Position numbers and translations under genes: made by a program. A stretch of 64,000 nucleotides of DNA, taken from assembly GCA_048938385.1 (NCBI GenBank), contig JBHLMG010000001.1, positions 160,001 to 224,000 of the forward strand. The letters run 5' to 3'. Under the pieces are notes generated by a model. It saw nothing but the letters and a program-made list of their open reading frames with translations, had not been told where the DNA came from and ran no database searches. Below are positions 35,589-47,296 of this stretch, one piece after another. Position 1 is the stretch's first letter; the number at the start of each line of letters is the position of its first letter. This DNA is from Promethearchaeota archaeon. GTDB taxonomy: Archaea; Asgardarchaeota; Hermodarchaeia; Hermodarchaeales; Hermodarchaeaceae.

Positions 35589-38225
35589 ATGAAAAAGGTT
35601 GGAAGTATTTGGTTTGGACTTCTCTCACCTGATATCATAAGAAAAATGAGTGTCACGCAAGTCATCACCGCTGACACCTATGACGAAGATGGACTCCCCA
35701 TCTCATCAGGATTAATGGACCCTAAACTTGGAACTATTGAACCAGGTCAACGCTGTAAATCTTGTGGAAACAGGGTCGGAGAATGCCCAGGACACTTTGG
35801 ACATATCGAACTTGCTCGTCCAGTAGTCCATGTGAGCTTCGATAAATTAATTAAGAAATTCCTTAAGGCCATTTGTCGACGCTGTGCCCGTCTAAAAGTA
35901 AAACCAGACTCTTTGGAGAAATACAAAGAAAAGATGGATGCCTATTTCGAAAAATTCGGTCATATAGACCAAATACTCGCAGATGAAGTGCTTAAAGAGG
36001 CTGGGAAGGCCACAACTTGCCCTCATTGTGAAGCTGAGCAATTCAAGATCAAGTTTGAGAAGCCTACTACTTTTTATGAAGAAAAAATGGAAGGCAGCGT
36101 TCGTCTTACTCCCACTGATGTACGCGATCGCTTAGAACGAATCACATCTGACGACTGTTTTCTTATGGGCATCGACACTCGAGTCACCCGTCCTGAATGG
36201 ATGATTCTCACAGTACAACCTGTCCCTCCTGTAGCCGTGCGACCATCAATTACCTTGGAATCAGGTGTAAAATCTGAAGATGATCTAACCCACAAACTCG
36301 TTGATGTAATCAGAATCAATCAACGGCTGCGCGAAAATATCGAAGCAGGTGCACCTCAACTTATAGTTGAAGACCTCTGGGAACTCCTCCAATACCATGT
36401 TACAACATATTTCAACAACGAAGTCTCCGGAATTCCGCCCGCCCGGCATCGCTCGGGACGCGCTCTTCGCACTCTCGCACAACGTTTGAAGGGTAAAGAA
36501 GGACGGTTCCGCAGCAACCTCTCTGGCAAACGCGTTGACTTCTCAGCACGCACGGTCATCTCCCCCGATCCCAATCTCTCAATTAACGAAGTAGGAGTTC
36601 CATTCGAAATAGCCAAAACCCTCACTGTCCCTGAACGAGTCACCGAATGGAACATCGAAGATATGCGCGAATTAGTTCTTCAAGGACCTCAAGGCTACCC
36701 TGGCTGTAATTATGTAGTTCGTCCCGATGGAAAACGAATTGATCTTCGGTATGTCAAAGATCGAAAGACGAACGCAGACGGACTCGCTCCCGGATACATC
36801 ATTGAGCGACATCTATATTCAGGAGACATCGTTCTATTCAACCGACAACCTTCACTACATCGCATGTCAATTATGGCTCACGAAGTCAAAGTCATGCCAT
36901 ACCGCACATTCCGGCTTCACCTTGTGGTCTGCCCTCCCTACAACGCTGACTTCGACGGGGACGAGATGAATTTACATGTCCCCCAAAGCGAAGAAGCTCG
37001 AGCTGAAGCACGAATACTTATGTTAGTTCAAGAACAGATCCTTAGCCCACGGTATGGCGGTCCAATTATTGGTGGCATTCAAGACTATATTTCCTCAGCA
37101 TTCCTTCTCACACGAAAGAGCTCCTTCTTTAATAAACGCCAAACCTGTCAACTTCTAGCCTCAGCAGGATACCGAAAAGACCTACCTCCTCCGGCAGTCA
37201 AGCGACCTGAACCTATGTGGACAGGTAAACAAATCTTCAGTATGTTGCTTCCCAGGGGCTTGAATCTTTCTCTAAAATCTCGGGTTTGTCAAAAATGCGA
37301 TGTATGTCAAAAAGAAAAGTGCCCCCATGATGCCTTTGTAGTTATTCGAGACGGAAACCTGCTCACAGGAGTTATTGATAAAAAAGCCATCGGTGCTGCT
37401 CAACCCGAGAGCGTTCTCCACCGAATTGCCAAAGATTACGGTAATGCTGAAGCACGCCATTTCCTTGATAGCATTTGTCCTCTTTTAGTGGTTCTTATTA
37501 CCAACATGGGCTTTAGTATGGGAATTGACGATGTTATTCTCACACCTACAGCAATTCGGCAGATTGAACAAATCCTCTCTGATGCTGAAGAAGAAGGTAA
37601 TCAGCTCGTCCAAATTTATGAAGCGAATCAGCTACAACGACTACCAGGGCGTTCAATAGAAGAAACTTTCGAAATGAAGATGATTGAAATTCTCGCCCGT
37701 GCCCGGGACAAAGCGGGGGAAGCTGCAAGCCAACAACTTGGTTTTGATAAACACGCAGTAATCATGACTGGCACAGGTGCAAAGGGTAATCCTCTAAACC
37801 TTGCACAAATGGCTGCCAGCGTCGGACAACAAGCAGTCCGAGGACAGCGTATCTCGAGAGGGTATCGACTACGAACCCTTCCCCACTTTATTAAGGGCGA
37901 CCTATCACCTCAGGCACGAGGATTTGTAGTTTCAAGCTATCGAAAGGGATTGAATCCCATTGAGTTTTTCTTCCACGCCATGGGTGGTAGAGAAGGATTA
38001 GTCGACACTGCCGTTCGAACCAGTACGAGTGGGTACATGCAACGGCGATTGATCAACGCCTTACAAGATGTGAAGGTCGAATACGATGGCACTGTACGAA
38101 ATTCCAATGGAGAAATTATTCAGTTCAAATACGGTGAAGACGGAGTTGATCCTGCCCGCAGTGACCATGGTAAAGCTGTCAACTTGGATGTACTAATTGA
38201 ACGAGTGCTCAGCAAGGTGGACTAA
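35589..38225 (+). CDS. rpo1N: RNA polymerase subunit Rpo1N (A')
   Basis: CPGHFGH, YNADFDGDEM. Confidence 0.98.
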   Translation: MKKVGSIWFGLLSPDIIRKMSVTQVITADTYDEDGLPISSGLMDPKLGTIEPGQRCKSCGNRVGECPGHFGHIELARPVVHVSFDKLIKKFLKAICRRCARLKVKPDSLEKYKEKMDAYFEKFGHIDQILADEVLKEAGKATTCPHCEAEQFKIKFEKPTTFYEEKMEGSVRLTPTDVRDRLERITSDDCFLMGIDTRVTRPEWMILTVQPVPPVAVRPSITLESGVKSEDDLTHKLVDVIRINQRLRENIEAGAPQLIVEDLWELLQYHVTTYFNNEVSGIPPARHRSGRALRTLAQRLKGKEGRFRSNLSGKRVDFSARTVISPDPNLSINEVGVPFEIAKTLTVPERVTEWNIEDMRELVLQGPQGYPGCNYVVRPDGKRIDLRYVKDRKTNADGLAPGYIIERHLYSGDIVLFNRQPSLHRMSIMAHEVKVMPYRTFRLHLVVCPPYNADFDGDEMNLHVPQSEEARAEARILMLVQEQILSPRYGGPIIGGIQDYISSAFLLTRKSSFFNKRQTCQLLASAGYRKDLPPPAVKRPEPMWTGKQIFSMLLPRGLNLSLKSRVCQKCDVCQKEKCPHDAFVVIRDGNLLTGVIDKKAIGAAQPESVLHRIAKDYGNAEARHFLDSICPLLVVLITNMGFSMGIDDVILTPTAIRQIEQILSDAEEEGNQLVQIYEANQLQRLPGRSIEETFEMKMIEILARARDKAGEAASQQLGFDKHAVIMTGTGAKGNPLNLAQMAASVGQQAVRGQRISRGYRLRTLPHFIKGDLSPQARGFVVSSYRKGLNPIEFFFHAMGGREGLVDTAVRTSTSGYMQRRLINALQDVKVEYDGTVRNSNGEIIQFKYGEDGVDPARSDHGKAVNLDVLIERVLSKVD

Positions 38226-39434
<1,209 letters not shown>

Positions 39435-39605
39435 AACACTAACGACGCCTTTACTGCTCTATAGGTGTGTGCAGAGAACTTAAAAAGGATGGTCAGAATG
39501 CAACGCCTTACCCCCTCTCCGATGCCCTTATATGGAACGATGTTCTGCAAGCTTCGTTGCACACGGTATCGTGAATGACAAACACGAAAAAAGAGTGAAT
39601 TTTTC

Positions 39606-39914
39606 ATGGATGCTGAAACCGCAATCCGATTGGCTGTGAAATCAGGAAAAACCATCTTTGGTGCTCAACGGACCCTACATACGCTTCGAACGAGTTCTCC
39701 ACGAGTCGTAATTCTCGCTGCAAACGCTCCCTCTGCAATCAGAGAAGAAATAAATACACTTGCTAAAGCAAATGAAGTGCCGATTCACAACTACCGAAGC
39801 AATAGCTGGGATCTCGGGCAAGTTTGTGGGCGACCACACATGGTAGCAGCTATGGTCGTCCTAGATCCTGGAGATGCTGATATTGCTGCCTTAATAGGGG
39901 CTGGCAAGAAGTGA
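39606..39914 (+). CDS. rpl30e: Ribosomal protein eL30
   Basis: VKSGK..FG, LGQVCGRPH, DPGDADI. Confidence 0.93.
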   Translation: MDAETAIRLAVKSGKTIFGAQRTLHTLRTSSPRVVILAANAPSAIREEINTLAKANEVPIHNYRSNSWDLGQVCGRPHMVAAMVVLDPGDADIAALIGAGKK

Positions 39915-40375
39915 CCTCATCAGATATCAAACTTAACATAGAAGAAATTAAACTGATGGCCCTCTTCGGTGACATTACAGGAGCAGAAGTCAAAGACTGC
40001 GTCGTCGACCAAGATGGAGAACGAATAATCTTTGTTGTGGGTCTAGGCCATCTTGGCCTCGCTATCGGACGACGAGGAGCAACCATCAAGCGGGCACGAA
40101 CCATCTTAAAAAGGGACATAGACGTCGTGGAAGAGGCGGCTTCCCCTGAGGGATTTGTTCGCAATGCCTTAGCACCAGCTAGGATAACCAATGTTGATGT
40201 TCAAGAACAATCCAAAGGCCGTAGAGTCGCCGTCGTCACGGTCAGTACTGAAAATCGTGGTCGTGTCATTGGCCGAAATGGCCGGAATATCGAGCGGGCA
40301 CGCCTTTTAGCAAAACGCCATCACGGTATTGACTCAATCATTATCACAGACTCTTCTGCTGAAGCCACCTCCTAA
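39911..40375 (+). CDS. nusA: Archaeal NusA
   Basis: DCVVD, AIGRRG, IGRNGRNI KH motifs. Confidence 0.93.
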   Translation: MTSSDIKLNIEEIKLMALFGDITGAEVKDCVVDQDGERIIFVVGLGHLGLAIGRRGATIKRARTILKRDIDVVEEAASPEGFVRNALAPARITNVDVQEQSKGRRVAVVTVSTENRGRVIGRNGRNIERARLLAKRHHGIDSIIITDSSAEATS

Positions 40376-40456
40376 TATGAACTCAGCCGATAGATGGGAA
40401 GAGTTTTAAGTGAATTCGCGGAATCGCAGCACCCGACATTAAGAGGTAAAAACAGA

Positions 40457-40900
40457 TTGCCTGGATCAAAATCGCCCTCTGGAGAATTTGCTGGCCGTTC
40501 ACTGAAGAAGAAACGCAAGAAGCTCCGCTGGAAGGATCGATACTACAAACGACAAATGCTTCGCTTAGATGTCAAAGCAGACCCACTTGAAGGAAGCCCA
40601 CAGGCTCGCGCAATTGTGCTTGAAAAAGTAGGCATCGAATCCAAACAGCCAAACTCTGCCATTCGAAAATGTGTTCGGGTACAACTAATCCGTAATGGTC
40701 GACAAATCACAGCGTTCCTTCCCGGTGATGGAGCGCTAACTTTTGTCGATGAACACGATGAAGTTATTGTTGAAGGCATTGGAGGTTCTCGTGGACGATC
40801 AATGGGTGACCTTCCGGGAGTTCGGTGGAAGGTCGTAAAATGCAACGGGGCCTCACTTGAAGCAATGATAATTGGAAAAGTTGAGAAGCCACAACGATAA
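40457..40900 (+). CDS. rps12: Ribosomal protein uS12
   Basis: [19 protein letters not shown]; TTG start after GAGGT. Confidence 0.97.
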   Translation: MPGSKSPSGEFAGRSLKKKRKKLRWKDRYYKRQMLRLDVKADPLEGSPQARAIVLEKVGIESKQPNSAIRKCVRVQLIRNGRQITAFLPGDGALTFVDEHDEVIVEGIGGSRGRSMGDLPGVRWKVVKCNGASLEAMIIGKVEKPQR

Positions 40901-40922
40901 CCTGTCGAGGTGTCAAACGATT

Positions 40923-41561
40923 ATGTCTACTGAAACTCCTCCTAAACAATCTCCCTCTCCTAATATCAAAATTTTTGGACGCTGGAGTGCTAAAGATATT
41001 GAAATTAGTGATCCAGGACTCGCACAATACCTTAGTCTAAGTCCAGTTATTGTCCCCCACACTTTTGGGCGTCATGAACACCGCCGGTTCGGGAAGAAGA
41101 ATGTCCCCATTGTTGAACGGTTCATCAACCGATTAATGACACCTGGTTGGGCTCGTCGACGAAGCCAAGGAGCCCGCCAAGCAGGTCTTATCACAGGTAA
41201 GAAATCCACAGCTATTCGTATCGTTCGGTCCGCGTTTGAAATCATCCATCTGCGATCAGGTCAAAACCCGATTCAAGTACTCATTGATGCCATTATCAAT
41301 GCCGCACCTCGCGAAGAAACCACGCGCATCTCTTATGGAGGAATTAGCTATCACACTGCCTGTGATGTTGCCCCCCTCCGACGCATCGACCTCGCTCTTA
41401 GGTTCATCTCCGAAAGTATCTGGCGTCGCAGTTTTAGCACCATCGAATCCGTGGAAGAAATTGTCGCTGACGAACTAATCGCCGCCGCGACTCGCGATGC
41501 TCGAAGCAACGCCGTACGACGGCGCGAAGAGAAAGAACGCATGGCGCTCTCCGCTCGATAA
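40923..41561 (+). CDS. rps7: Ribosomal protein uS7
   Basis: PHTFGRH, NAAPREE, DVAPLRRID. Confidence 0.97.
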   Translation: MSTETPPKQSPSPNIKIFGRWSAKDIEISDPGLAQYLSLSPVIVPHTFGRHEHRRFGKKNVPIVERFINRLMTPGWARRRSQGARQAGLITGKKSTAIRIVRSAFEIIHLRSGQNPIQVLIDAIINAAPREETTRISYGGISYHTACDVAPLRRIDLALRFISESIWRRSFSTIESVEEIVADELIAAATRDARSNAVRRREEKERMALSAR

Positions 41562-41716
41562 CCTCCATGTCTTCGTTCCTTCTCCATATTAACGATTCAA
41601 CTAGTAATAACCTGAGATGCTCTGTGAAACGATAACGCCAAAAGAGTTTTATATTTCGCACTGAAACTCCCTGAACCTGTTAATGCCAGCTTAACAAAGA
41701 GTGAGCTGAACAGACA

Positions 41717-43018
41717 ATGTCAGATAAGAAACCACACATCAACCTCATCATCATTGGACATGTAGATCACGGCAAGTCCACCCTGATGGGGCACATGCTA
41801 TACAAGACTGGAGCACTGTCAAAACAAGAAATGGCAAAGCTCGAAAAGTTGGCAGAAGAGATGGATCGTGGATCCTTCAAATTTGCTTATGTGATGGATC
41901 GCCTCAAAGAGGAACGAGAACGCGGACTGACCATAGACTTAGCGTTCCGTCCATTTCAGACTCAAAAAAACTACTTCACAATTATTGACGCACCGGGTCA
42001 TGCTGACTTCATTAAGAACATGATCACTGGAGCTAGTCAAGCTGATGCTGCTATTCTAGTGGTGTCGGCGCGTAAGGGTGAGTTTGAAGCTGGCGTGGGT
42101 GCTGGTGGTCAGACGCGCGAGCACGCATTCCTTGCAAAGACTCTGGGCATTGATCAAGTCGTCGTTGCCATCAATAAGATGGATGATTCGACTCCGCCAT
42201 GGTCTGAAGAACGCTATAACGAGATCAAAGCCGAGGTTTCTGAACTTTTGAAAGGTGCACAGTTTGACGTCAGCAAAGTCCAGTTCGTACCTATCTCAGG
42301 ATGGACTGGTGACACCCTAAACGAAGCTAGTACGAACATGGGTTGGTACAAAGGCCCAACTCTCCTAGACGCCATTGACCAATTCATCCTACCACCCAAG
42401 CCCATCGAAGATCCACTTCGCGTACCAATTCAGGATGTGTACACCATCACCGGAATTGGCACGGTCCCAGTGGGGCGTATTGAAACAGGAGTACTAAAAG
42501 TCGGGGACAAGGTCATCTTCATGCCACCTAACAAACAAGGAGAAATAAAGACCATTGAAATGCACCACGAACGCATGGACAAAGCAGAACCTGGTGATAA
42601 CATTGGATTTAATGTTCGAGGCATCGGTAAAGGCGAAATCCGCCGTGGCGATGTCATGGGGCATGTCAATAAACCACCACGGGTTGTCCAAGAATTCGTC
42701 GGGCAAATCATTGTCCTCTTTCACCCTCGGGCTATTGCCGCAGGTTACACACCCGTTCTTCACGCGCACACCGCACAAGTGGCAGCAACCATTACCGAAA
42801 TCAAGTCAAAGCTTGATCCCCGAACCGGTGAAGTTGTCCAAGAAAATCCTGACTTCATCAAGCAGGGAGACTCAGCTATTGTGAAACTTCGACCAGTTCA
42901 ACCACTGTGTCTTGAAACCTATGCTCAAATGAAACAGTTAGGGCGTTTTGCTATCCGCGACAGTGGACGGACAGTAGCGGTCGGAGTTGTCAGAGAGGTC
43001 ACCGAAGAGAGGAAGTAA
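41717..43018 (+). CDS. tuf: Elongation factor 1-alpha
   Basis: [25 protein letters not shown]. Confidence 0.98.
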   Translation: MSDKKPHINLIIIGHVDHGKSTLMGHMLYKTGALSKQEMAKLEKLAEEMDRGSFKFAYVMDRLKEERERGLTIDLAFRPFQTQKNYFTIIDAPGHADFIKNMITGASQADAAILVVSARKGEFEAGVGAGGQTREHAFLAKTLGIDQVVVAINKMDDSTPPWSEERYNEIKAEVSELLKGAQFDVSKVQFVPISGWTGDTLNEASTNMGWYKGPTLLDAIDQFILPPKPIEDPLRVPIQDVYTITGIGTVPVGRIETGVLKVGDKVIFMPPNKQGEIKTIEMHHERMDKAEPGDNIGFNVRGIGKGEIRRGDVMGHVNKPPRVVQEFVGQIIVLFHPRAIAAGYTPVLHAHTAQVAATITEIKSKLDPRTGEVVQENPDFIKQGDSAIVKLRPVQPLCLETYAQMKQLGRFAIRDSGRTVAVGVVREVTEERK

Positions 43019-43062
43019 TGATAACAGGAACCTGTTATCATCCCCCTCTTTCTTTTTTTCTC
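43018..43062 (+). terminator. Hairpin plus pyrimidine/U-tract terminator after EF-1A
   Basis: ATGATAACAGG-AA-CCTGTTATCAT followed by CTTTTCTTTTTTT. Confidence 0.7.
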
Positions 43063-43155
43063 ATTAACTGAGTCATTGTTATGGAAAAAGAGTTAAAAGG
43101 CACCAAACTATGGGATTGATTCCCAACTTCGAAAAGAACACTGAGTGTAGTACTT

Positions 43156-43464
43156 ATGGTTCAAAAAGCACGGATTCGACTCTCAAGTACCGACATCCCC
43201 AAACTAAACGAGGTTTGCACCCAAGTCCAATCTATCGTATCGCGAACTGGAGTTCACATGTCGGGTCCAATACCGCTCCCAACAAAAACCCTCAAAGTCC
43301 ACACAAGAAAATCACCTTGTGGTGAAGGCACTCCAACTTGGGATCATTGGCAAATGCGAATCCACAAACGGCTCATCGATTTAGAAGCTGATGAACGAAC
43401 CATGCGACAGATAATGCGAATTCGAGTGCCAGACGAAGTTTTTATTGAGATTACGCTTAAGTGA
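43156..43464 (+). CDS. rps10: Ribosomal protein uS10
   Basis: [23 protein letters not shown]. Confidence 0.97.
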   Translation: MVQKARIRLSSTDIPKLNEVCTQVQSIVSRTGVHMSGPIPLPTKTLKVHTRKSPCGEGTPTWDHWQMRIHKRLIDLEADERTMRQIMRIRVPDEVFIEITLK

Positions 43465-43573
43465 GAAGCTCAACTGTCGCCGGGACACCAACTCTCACGC
43501 CATTTCTTTTTAAAAATCATCACTATTCTTCAAGAGTAATGCTATTTAGTAATGTATTAGCAACGATTCCATT

Positions 43574-44089
43574 ATGTCTGCCGAGAATCCACGCACAACC
43601 TTGTGTATCGTCCTTTTTGCAAGCCTTTTAGTTTACACTATGATTGCAATGCTACTTCTTCCTCTTATCACGCCACTCATTATAACTCGAGAAGATGCTA
43701 TGACCGCTATTTTCCAAAGCAGCTTGATGTATTTTTTCCTTTTCTTGGTATTTTTACTCCCATCAAGTTTTGTGTATTGGCGCCATCGAATTGATGTAAA
43801 GGTTCTTGGACCAGAACCTGCTGCTGTGGAGCCAGGTGATGAAATTACTCTAACTGTGGCTGTAGGTTTACCCGGCGATACCTCACCCAAAGGTGCTGTG
43901 CTTGAGGCCTTTCTAGGAGAACTCATCATCGCTACCCAGAAGGTTGAGAGGAGTCCTGTATATCTTTCTTTGCAAGTACCAGAAATAACTCCTGGCTACC
44001 ATAAGGTCATCGTCCGAGTAAGTCAAGAAGGTTATTTCAGCGCTTCTAACGCTTATGAGCTTCTCATCGCTCCTGGCGAGATCATTTAG
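43574..44089 (+). CDS. Hypothetical protein (2 TM helices + Ig-like C-terminal domain)
   Basis: Hydrophobic N-terminal half, beta-rich C-terminal half. Confidence 0.6.
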   Translation: MSAENPRTTLCIVLFASLLVYTMIAMLLLPLITPLIITREDAMTAIFQSSLMYFFLFLVFLLPSSFVYWRHRIDVKVLGPEPAAVEPGDEITLTVAVGLPGDTSPKGAVLEAFLGELIIATQKVERSPVYLSLQVPEITPGYHKVIVRVSQEGYFSASNAYELLIAPGEII

Positions 44090-44090
44090 C

Positions 44091-44978
44091 TCACAGGTGT
44101 GCTTGCTCTAATAGACGAAAAATCGTCAACCCAATCAAGACGGCTTCCTCGACGCGCACTGTAGCGACACCTTGGGCTGAAAGAAAATTCACTTGATAAC
44201 TCGTGATCGCAATCAGGTCAAGTCCCTCTCGGCTCAAAATCGCATCTAATCCTTCCTTATGACTACCAAATAGCAACAGCAAGTGTCCCACTTTCTGCCA
44301 GGTTTGGCGAAGCAAAGGGGCATAGTTGTTTACCAAATTTCCTTTTCGCGTTGTAGCCACGATAAATTTGTAAGCGGAAGTCTTTTGCAAGAAGTCACCT
44401 AAAAGCGATGGCACTTGCTGTACTTTGTATCCCCAATAAACATGGGATTGGGTAAATGAGTATGGTTGAGCAACTAAATCACCAGAACGGCTTCGATGGA
44501 CTTGAACCGTGATGCGGGCTGGAAGGCGTTCAGAGCGAATATTTTGAAGAGGAAGAGGAACTTCCACTCCTATATCAACCACTGGCTGGCCCCCTTGTTG
44601 AAAGGCATATCCTTCACGGATTTCTCCCTGCTTAAGTTTCTGTATCCGCTTTTCTACGGGGTGATGAGGAGTCCGTAGAGGTGGGAGAAGTCCAACATAT
44701 TGCAACTCAGGGAGTTTTTTGAAAAGGTGCTTTCTGAGGTATTGAGGCGTTTCCATATACTCAAGCACTTGTGTGATGAGTTGGTTATTCCTTCTTTGTC
44801 GTTGAGTTTCCTCATCAAGATATACCAGAATTTCATCTACCTGAAAGATTGAAGCTGCTCGTGCGATTCGCCCAATATGTTGAGTCTTTTGCGCCTTATT
44901 CGGATAGATGTCAATGAAGGAAGATGGAACCGCAATAGAAAGGCGCAAAGGATTAGATTCGGAATTTGTCGATAACAT
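44091..44978 (-). CDS. SPOUT RNA methyltransferase (C9orf114/MJ0421-like)
   Basis: YMETPQYLRK, GLLPPLRTPHH, YWGY, QGVATVRVEEA. Confidence 0.9.
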   Translation of the reverse strand: MLSTNSESNPLRLSIAVPSSFIDIYPNKAQKTQHIGRIARAASIFQVDEILVYLDEETQRQRRNNQLITQVLEYMETPQYLRKHLFKKLPELQYVGLLPPLRTPHHPVEKRIQKLKQGEIREGYAFQQGGQPVVDIGVEVPLPLQNIRSERLPARITVQVHRSRSGDLVAQPYSFTQSHVYWGYKVQQVPSLLGDFLQKTSAYKFIVATTRKGNLVNNYAPLLRQTWQKVGHLLLLFGSHKEGLDAILSREGLDLIAITSYQVNFLSAQGVATVRVEEAVLIGLTIFRLLEQAHL

Positions 44979-44993
44979 TCTTTGAAACCAAAC

Positions 44994-46442
44994 CTAGCCT
45001 TTCACAACTCCCATCGGCACTTGGCTAGCCACCTTTCGTGAAATATCTGCTCCATGAACTGAATCAACGACAATGTGAACATCTTTGTATGCATTCGGTG
45101 CTTCCTCAGCAAGAATTTTCATACCCACAGAGCGAATCACTTTCCCTTTCTGTTCCAGATTGTTTTTGACATCCTTGCCAAAAAAGCGGCGAGTTGCAGC
45201 AGAACGGGACATTGCACGTCCTGCACCGTGACAGGTTGATCCGAAGGTTTCCTTCATCGCCTGTTCAGTACCAACAAGCACATAGGATGCAGTACCCATT
45301 GATCCACCAATCAACACTGGTTGTCCCACTGCTCGGTAAGGTTCTGGAATCATCGGGTGTCCTGGTCCGAATGCTCGAGTCGCACCTTTGCGATGAACGT
45401 AAAGCTTTTTCTTCAAACCATTTAACTCATGAGTTTCGAATTTACAGATGTTGTGTGTTACATCATAGACTAAGTGTAGACCTAGTTTCTCCCAATCCTG
45501 TCCCATCACAGCTTGAAATCCTTCACGAATCCAGTGTGTCATGACTTGTCGGTTGCAAAAAGCAAAGTTTACAGCCGCCTTCATTGCTGCATAGTAGTCC
45601 TGTCCTTCCGGTGATTGCGCTGGCGCGCACACTAATTGTTTATCTGGAAGCCAAATATTGTATTTCTTAACAGCCACGGCCATTCGTTCCAAATAATCTG
45701 TTGCCACCTGGTGACCGAAACCCCGCGACCCACAATGCAACATAATCACAACTTGTCCCTCTTCGAGACCAAAGGCTTTGGCTGTTGATGCATCAAAGAT
45801 CTTGTTGACTTTTTGAACTTCCAGATAATGATTCCCGGCACCCAGCGTCCCCAACTGTGGGCGTCCACGCCTACGCGCCTTTTCAGAAATTCTTGGCGCT
45901 GAAGTGGCTGCTTTATCCATAGAACCGTTTTCTTCGCAATGCGTTAAATCGGCTTCGAGGCCGTAACCATTTTCTACCGCCCACCTTGCCCCGAGCCGAA
46001 GAACCTCATTAAACTGCCCATCGCTCAATCGAATTTTTCCCTTCGAACCCACACCTGCTGGAACACGATTGAAAAGCTCATCCACTAATTCACGGAGTTT
46101 TGGTTTAACATCATCTACGGTGAGATTTGAGCGAATTAAGCGAACACCACAATTAATGTCAAAACCAGTACAACCCGCAGAGATCACTCCCTCTTCCGCG
46201 TCGAAAGATCCAACCGCTCCCATTGGCAACCCATAACCCCAATGGGCGTCAGGCATAGCGAGAACTGGTTCAACAACACCAGGTAGAGTTGCAACATTAG
46301 TCAACTGCTCTACTGCTGCATCTTCGAGCGTCTCAATTATCTCACTCGAACCAATAATCTTTGCTCCCACATTCATTCGGTCTCGGGCTGATTTGTCTAA
46401 CCACCATCGAAACTCATCCTGCCGCTTTAACTTCTCCTTCAT
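44994..46442 (-). CDS. rtcB: tRNA-splicing ligase RtcB
   Basis: MPDAHWGYG, GFDINCG, GAGNHY, HRKGAT, STCHGAGR. Confidence 0.97.
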   Translation of the reverse strand: MKEKLKRQDEFRWWLDKSARDRMNVGAKIIGSSEIIETLEDAAVEQLTNVATLPGVVEPVLAMPDAHWGYGLPMGAVGSFDAEEGVISAGCTGFDINCGVRLIRSNLTVDDVKPKLRELVDELFNRVPAGVGSKGKIRLSDGQFNEVLRLGARWAVENGYGLEADLTHCEENGSMDKAATSAPRISEKARRRGRPQLGTLGAGNHYLEVQKVNKIFDASTAKAFGLEEGQVVIMLHCGSRGFGHQVATDYLERMAVAVKKYNIWLPDKQLVCAPAQSPEGQDYYAAMKAAVNFAFCNRQVMTHWIREGFQAVMGQDWEKLGLHLVYDVTHNICKFETHELNGLKKKLYVHRKGATRAFGPGHPMIPEPYRAVGQPVLIGGSMGTASYVLVGTEQAMKETFGSTCHGAGRAMSRSAATRRFFGKDVKNNLEQKGKVIRSVGMKILAEEAPNAYKDVHIVVDSVHGADISRKVASQVPMGVVKG

Positions 46443-46466
46443 TATAATTTTCACCTTCTAGCCTTT

Positions 46467-46889
46467 TCAGACATCAACTACAACAGTTGCCACATATTGG
46501 TTATTAACCCTTTCAAGAGCAAACCTGTAAAAAGTCACACCTTTTACATGTGTGTGTAATTCCGGCATCTCTTGGCTTCCCATGGCTTTACCTGAAAGCT
46601 GTAACAATTTTTCAGGTGTTTTAACTATCGAATCGATAGCGAAATTGCTGAAAAATACCTCTTCAACTTCAAATTCGATTAATAAATTCGATAACCAGTC
46701 ATAAAGGAGGTGTTCCTCGTCCTTTCCCTGGGCAGTGATTTGGAGGCTAGTTTCGTTTTGCACCTCATCTAGATCATACATTACTCCAAACATCGCCTTG
46801 GCGGCATTAATGAAAACCTCAGCAAGCGTTTGGCCATAGGCACGGAACATTTGATCTGAAGTAATTTCATCAGGATATTCATATTCCAT
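46467..46889 (-). CDS. Archease
   Basis: TSD..F.AYG.TL.E.F.NA, VKGVT, VVVDV; directly upstream of rtcB. Confidence 0.92.
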   Translation of the reverse strand: MEYEYPDEITSDQMFRAYGQTLAEVFINAAKAMFGVMYDLDEVQNETSLQITAQGKDEEHLLYDWLSNLLIEFEVEEVFFSNFAIDSIVKTPEKLLQLSGKAMGSQEMPELHTHVKGVTFYRFALERVNNQYVATVVVDV

Positions 46890-46994
46890 ATATGATCACC
46901 AAGAGCAACGCGGGAGGATGGCGGATCCTCGCCTTTTAATTTTGATGTTTTCCCTGCTTGAAGAATCAATGTCGACATAAAAATCATATTGGAG

Positions 46995-47108
46995 TGGCGC
47001 CGGGTAAGGGATTCGAACCCTTGCGGCTCGGAAGCCACAGGCTGCCTTGGGGTGGTAACAATACCTGACCACTCAAGGCCCGCGCCGTAACCACTTGGCT
47101 AACCCGGC
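46995..47108 (-). tRNA. tRNA-Ser(TGA) with 28-nt canonical intron (47044-47071)
   Basis: CT-TGA-G; BHB CTTG-AGT..CAAG-GCA; long variable arm. Confidence 0.93.
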
Positions 47109-47193
47109 TTCGTTTAGGATAGAACTACGACTTTAAAGAAATAACGGTAGAACTTCAACAAGGCGATTTATCACCACCGAATGATAGGAAACA

Positions 47194-47296
47194 CTTAAAT
47201 GACGCAATCCGCTTCCCAGCAAGTCGCCGAAGGCAACCCCTTAGTGATAGCTACTACTGCCTTGCCGGCGACATTAAATCCCTGGAAGTGGAATCC
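47194..47296 (+). promoter_or_regulatory. TATA-like box and hairpin leader of rpl3 operon
   Basis: CTTAAAT; GTCGCCG/CGGCGAC and AGGCA/TGCCT stems before ATG. Confidence 0.6.
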
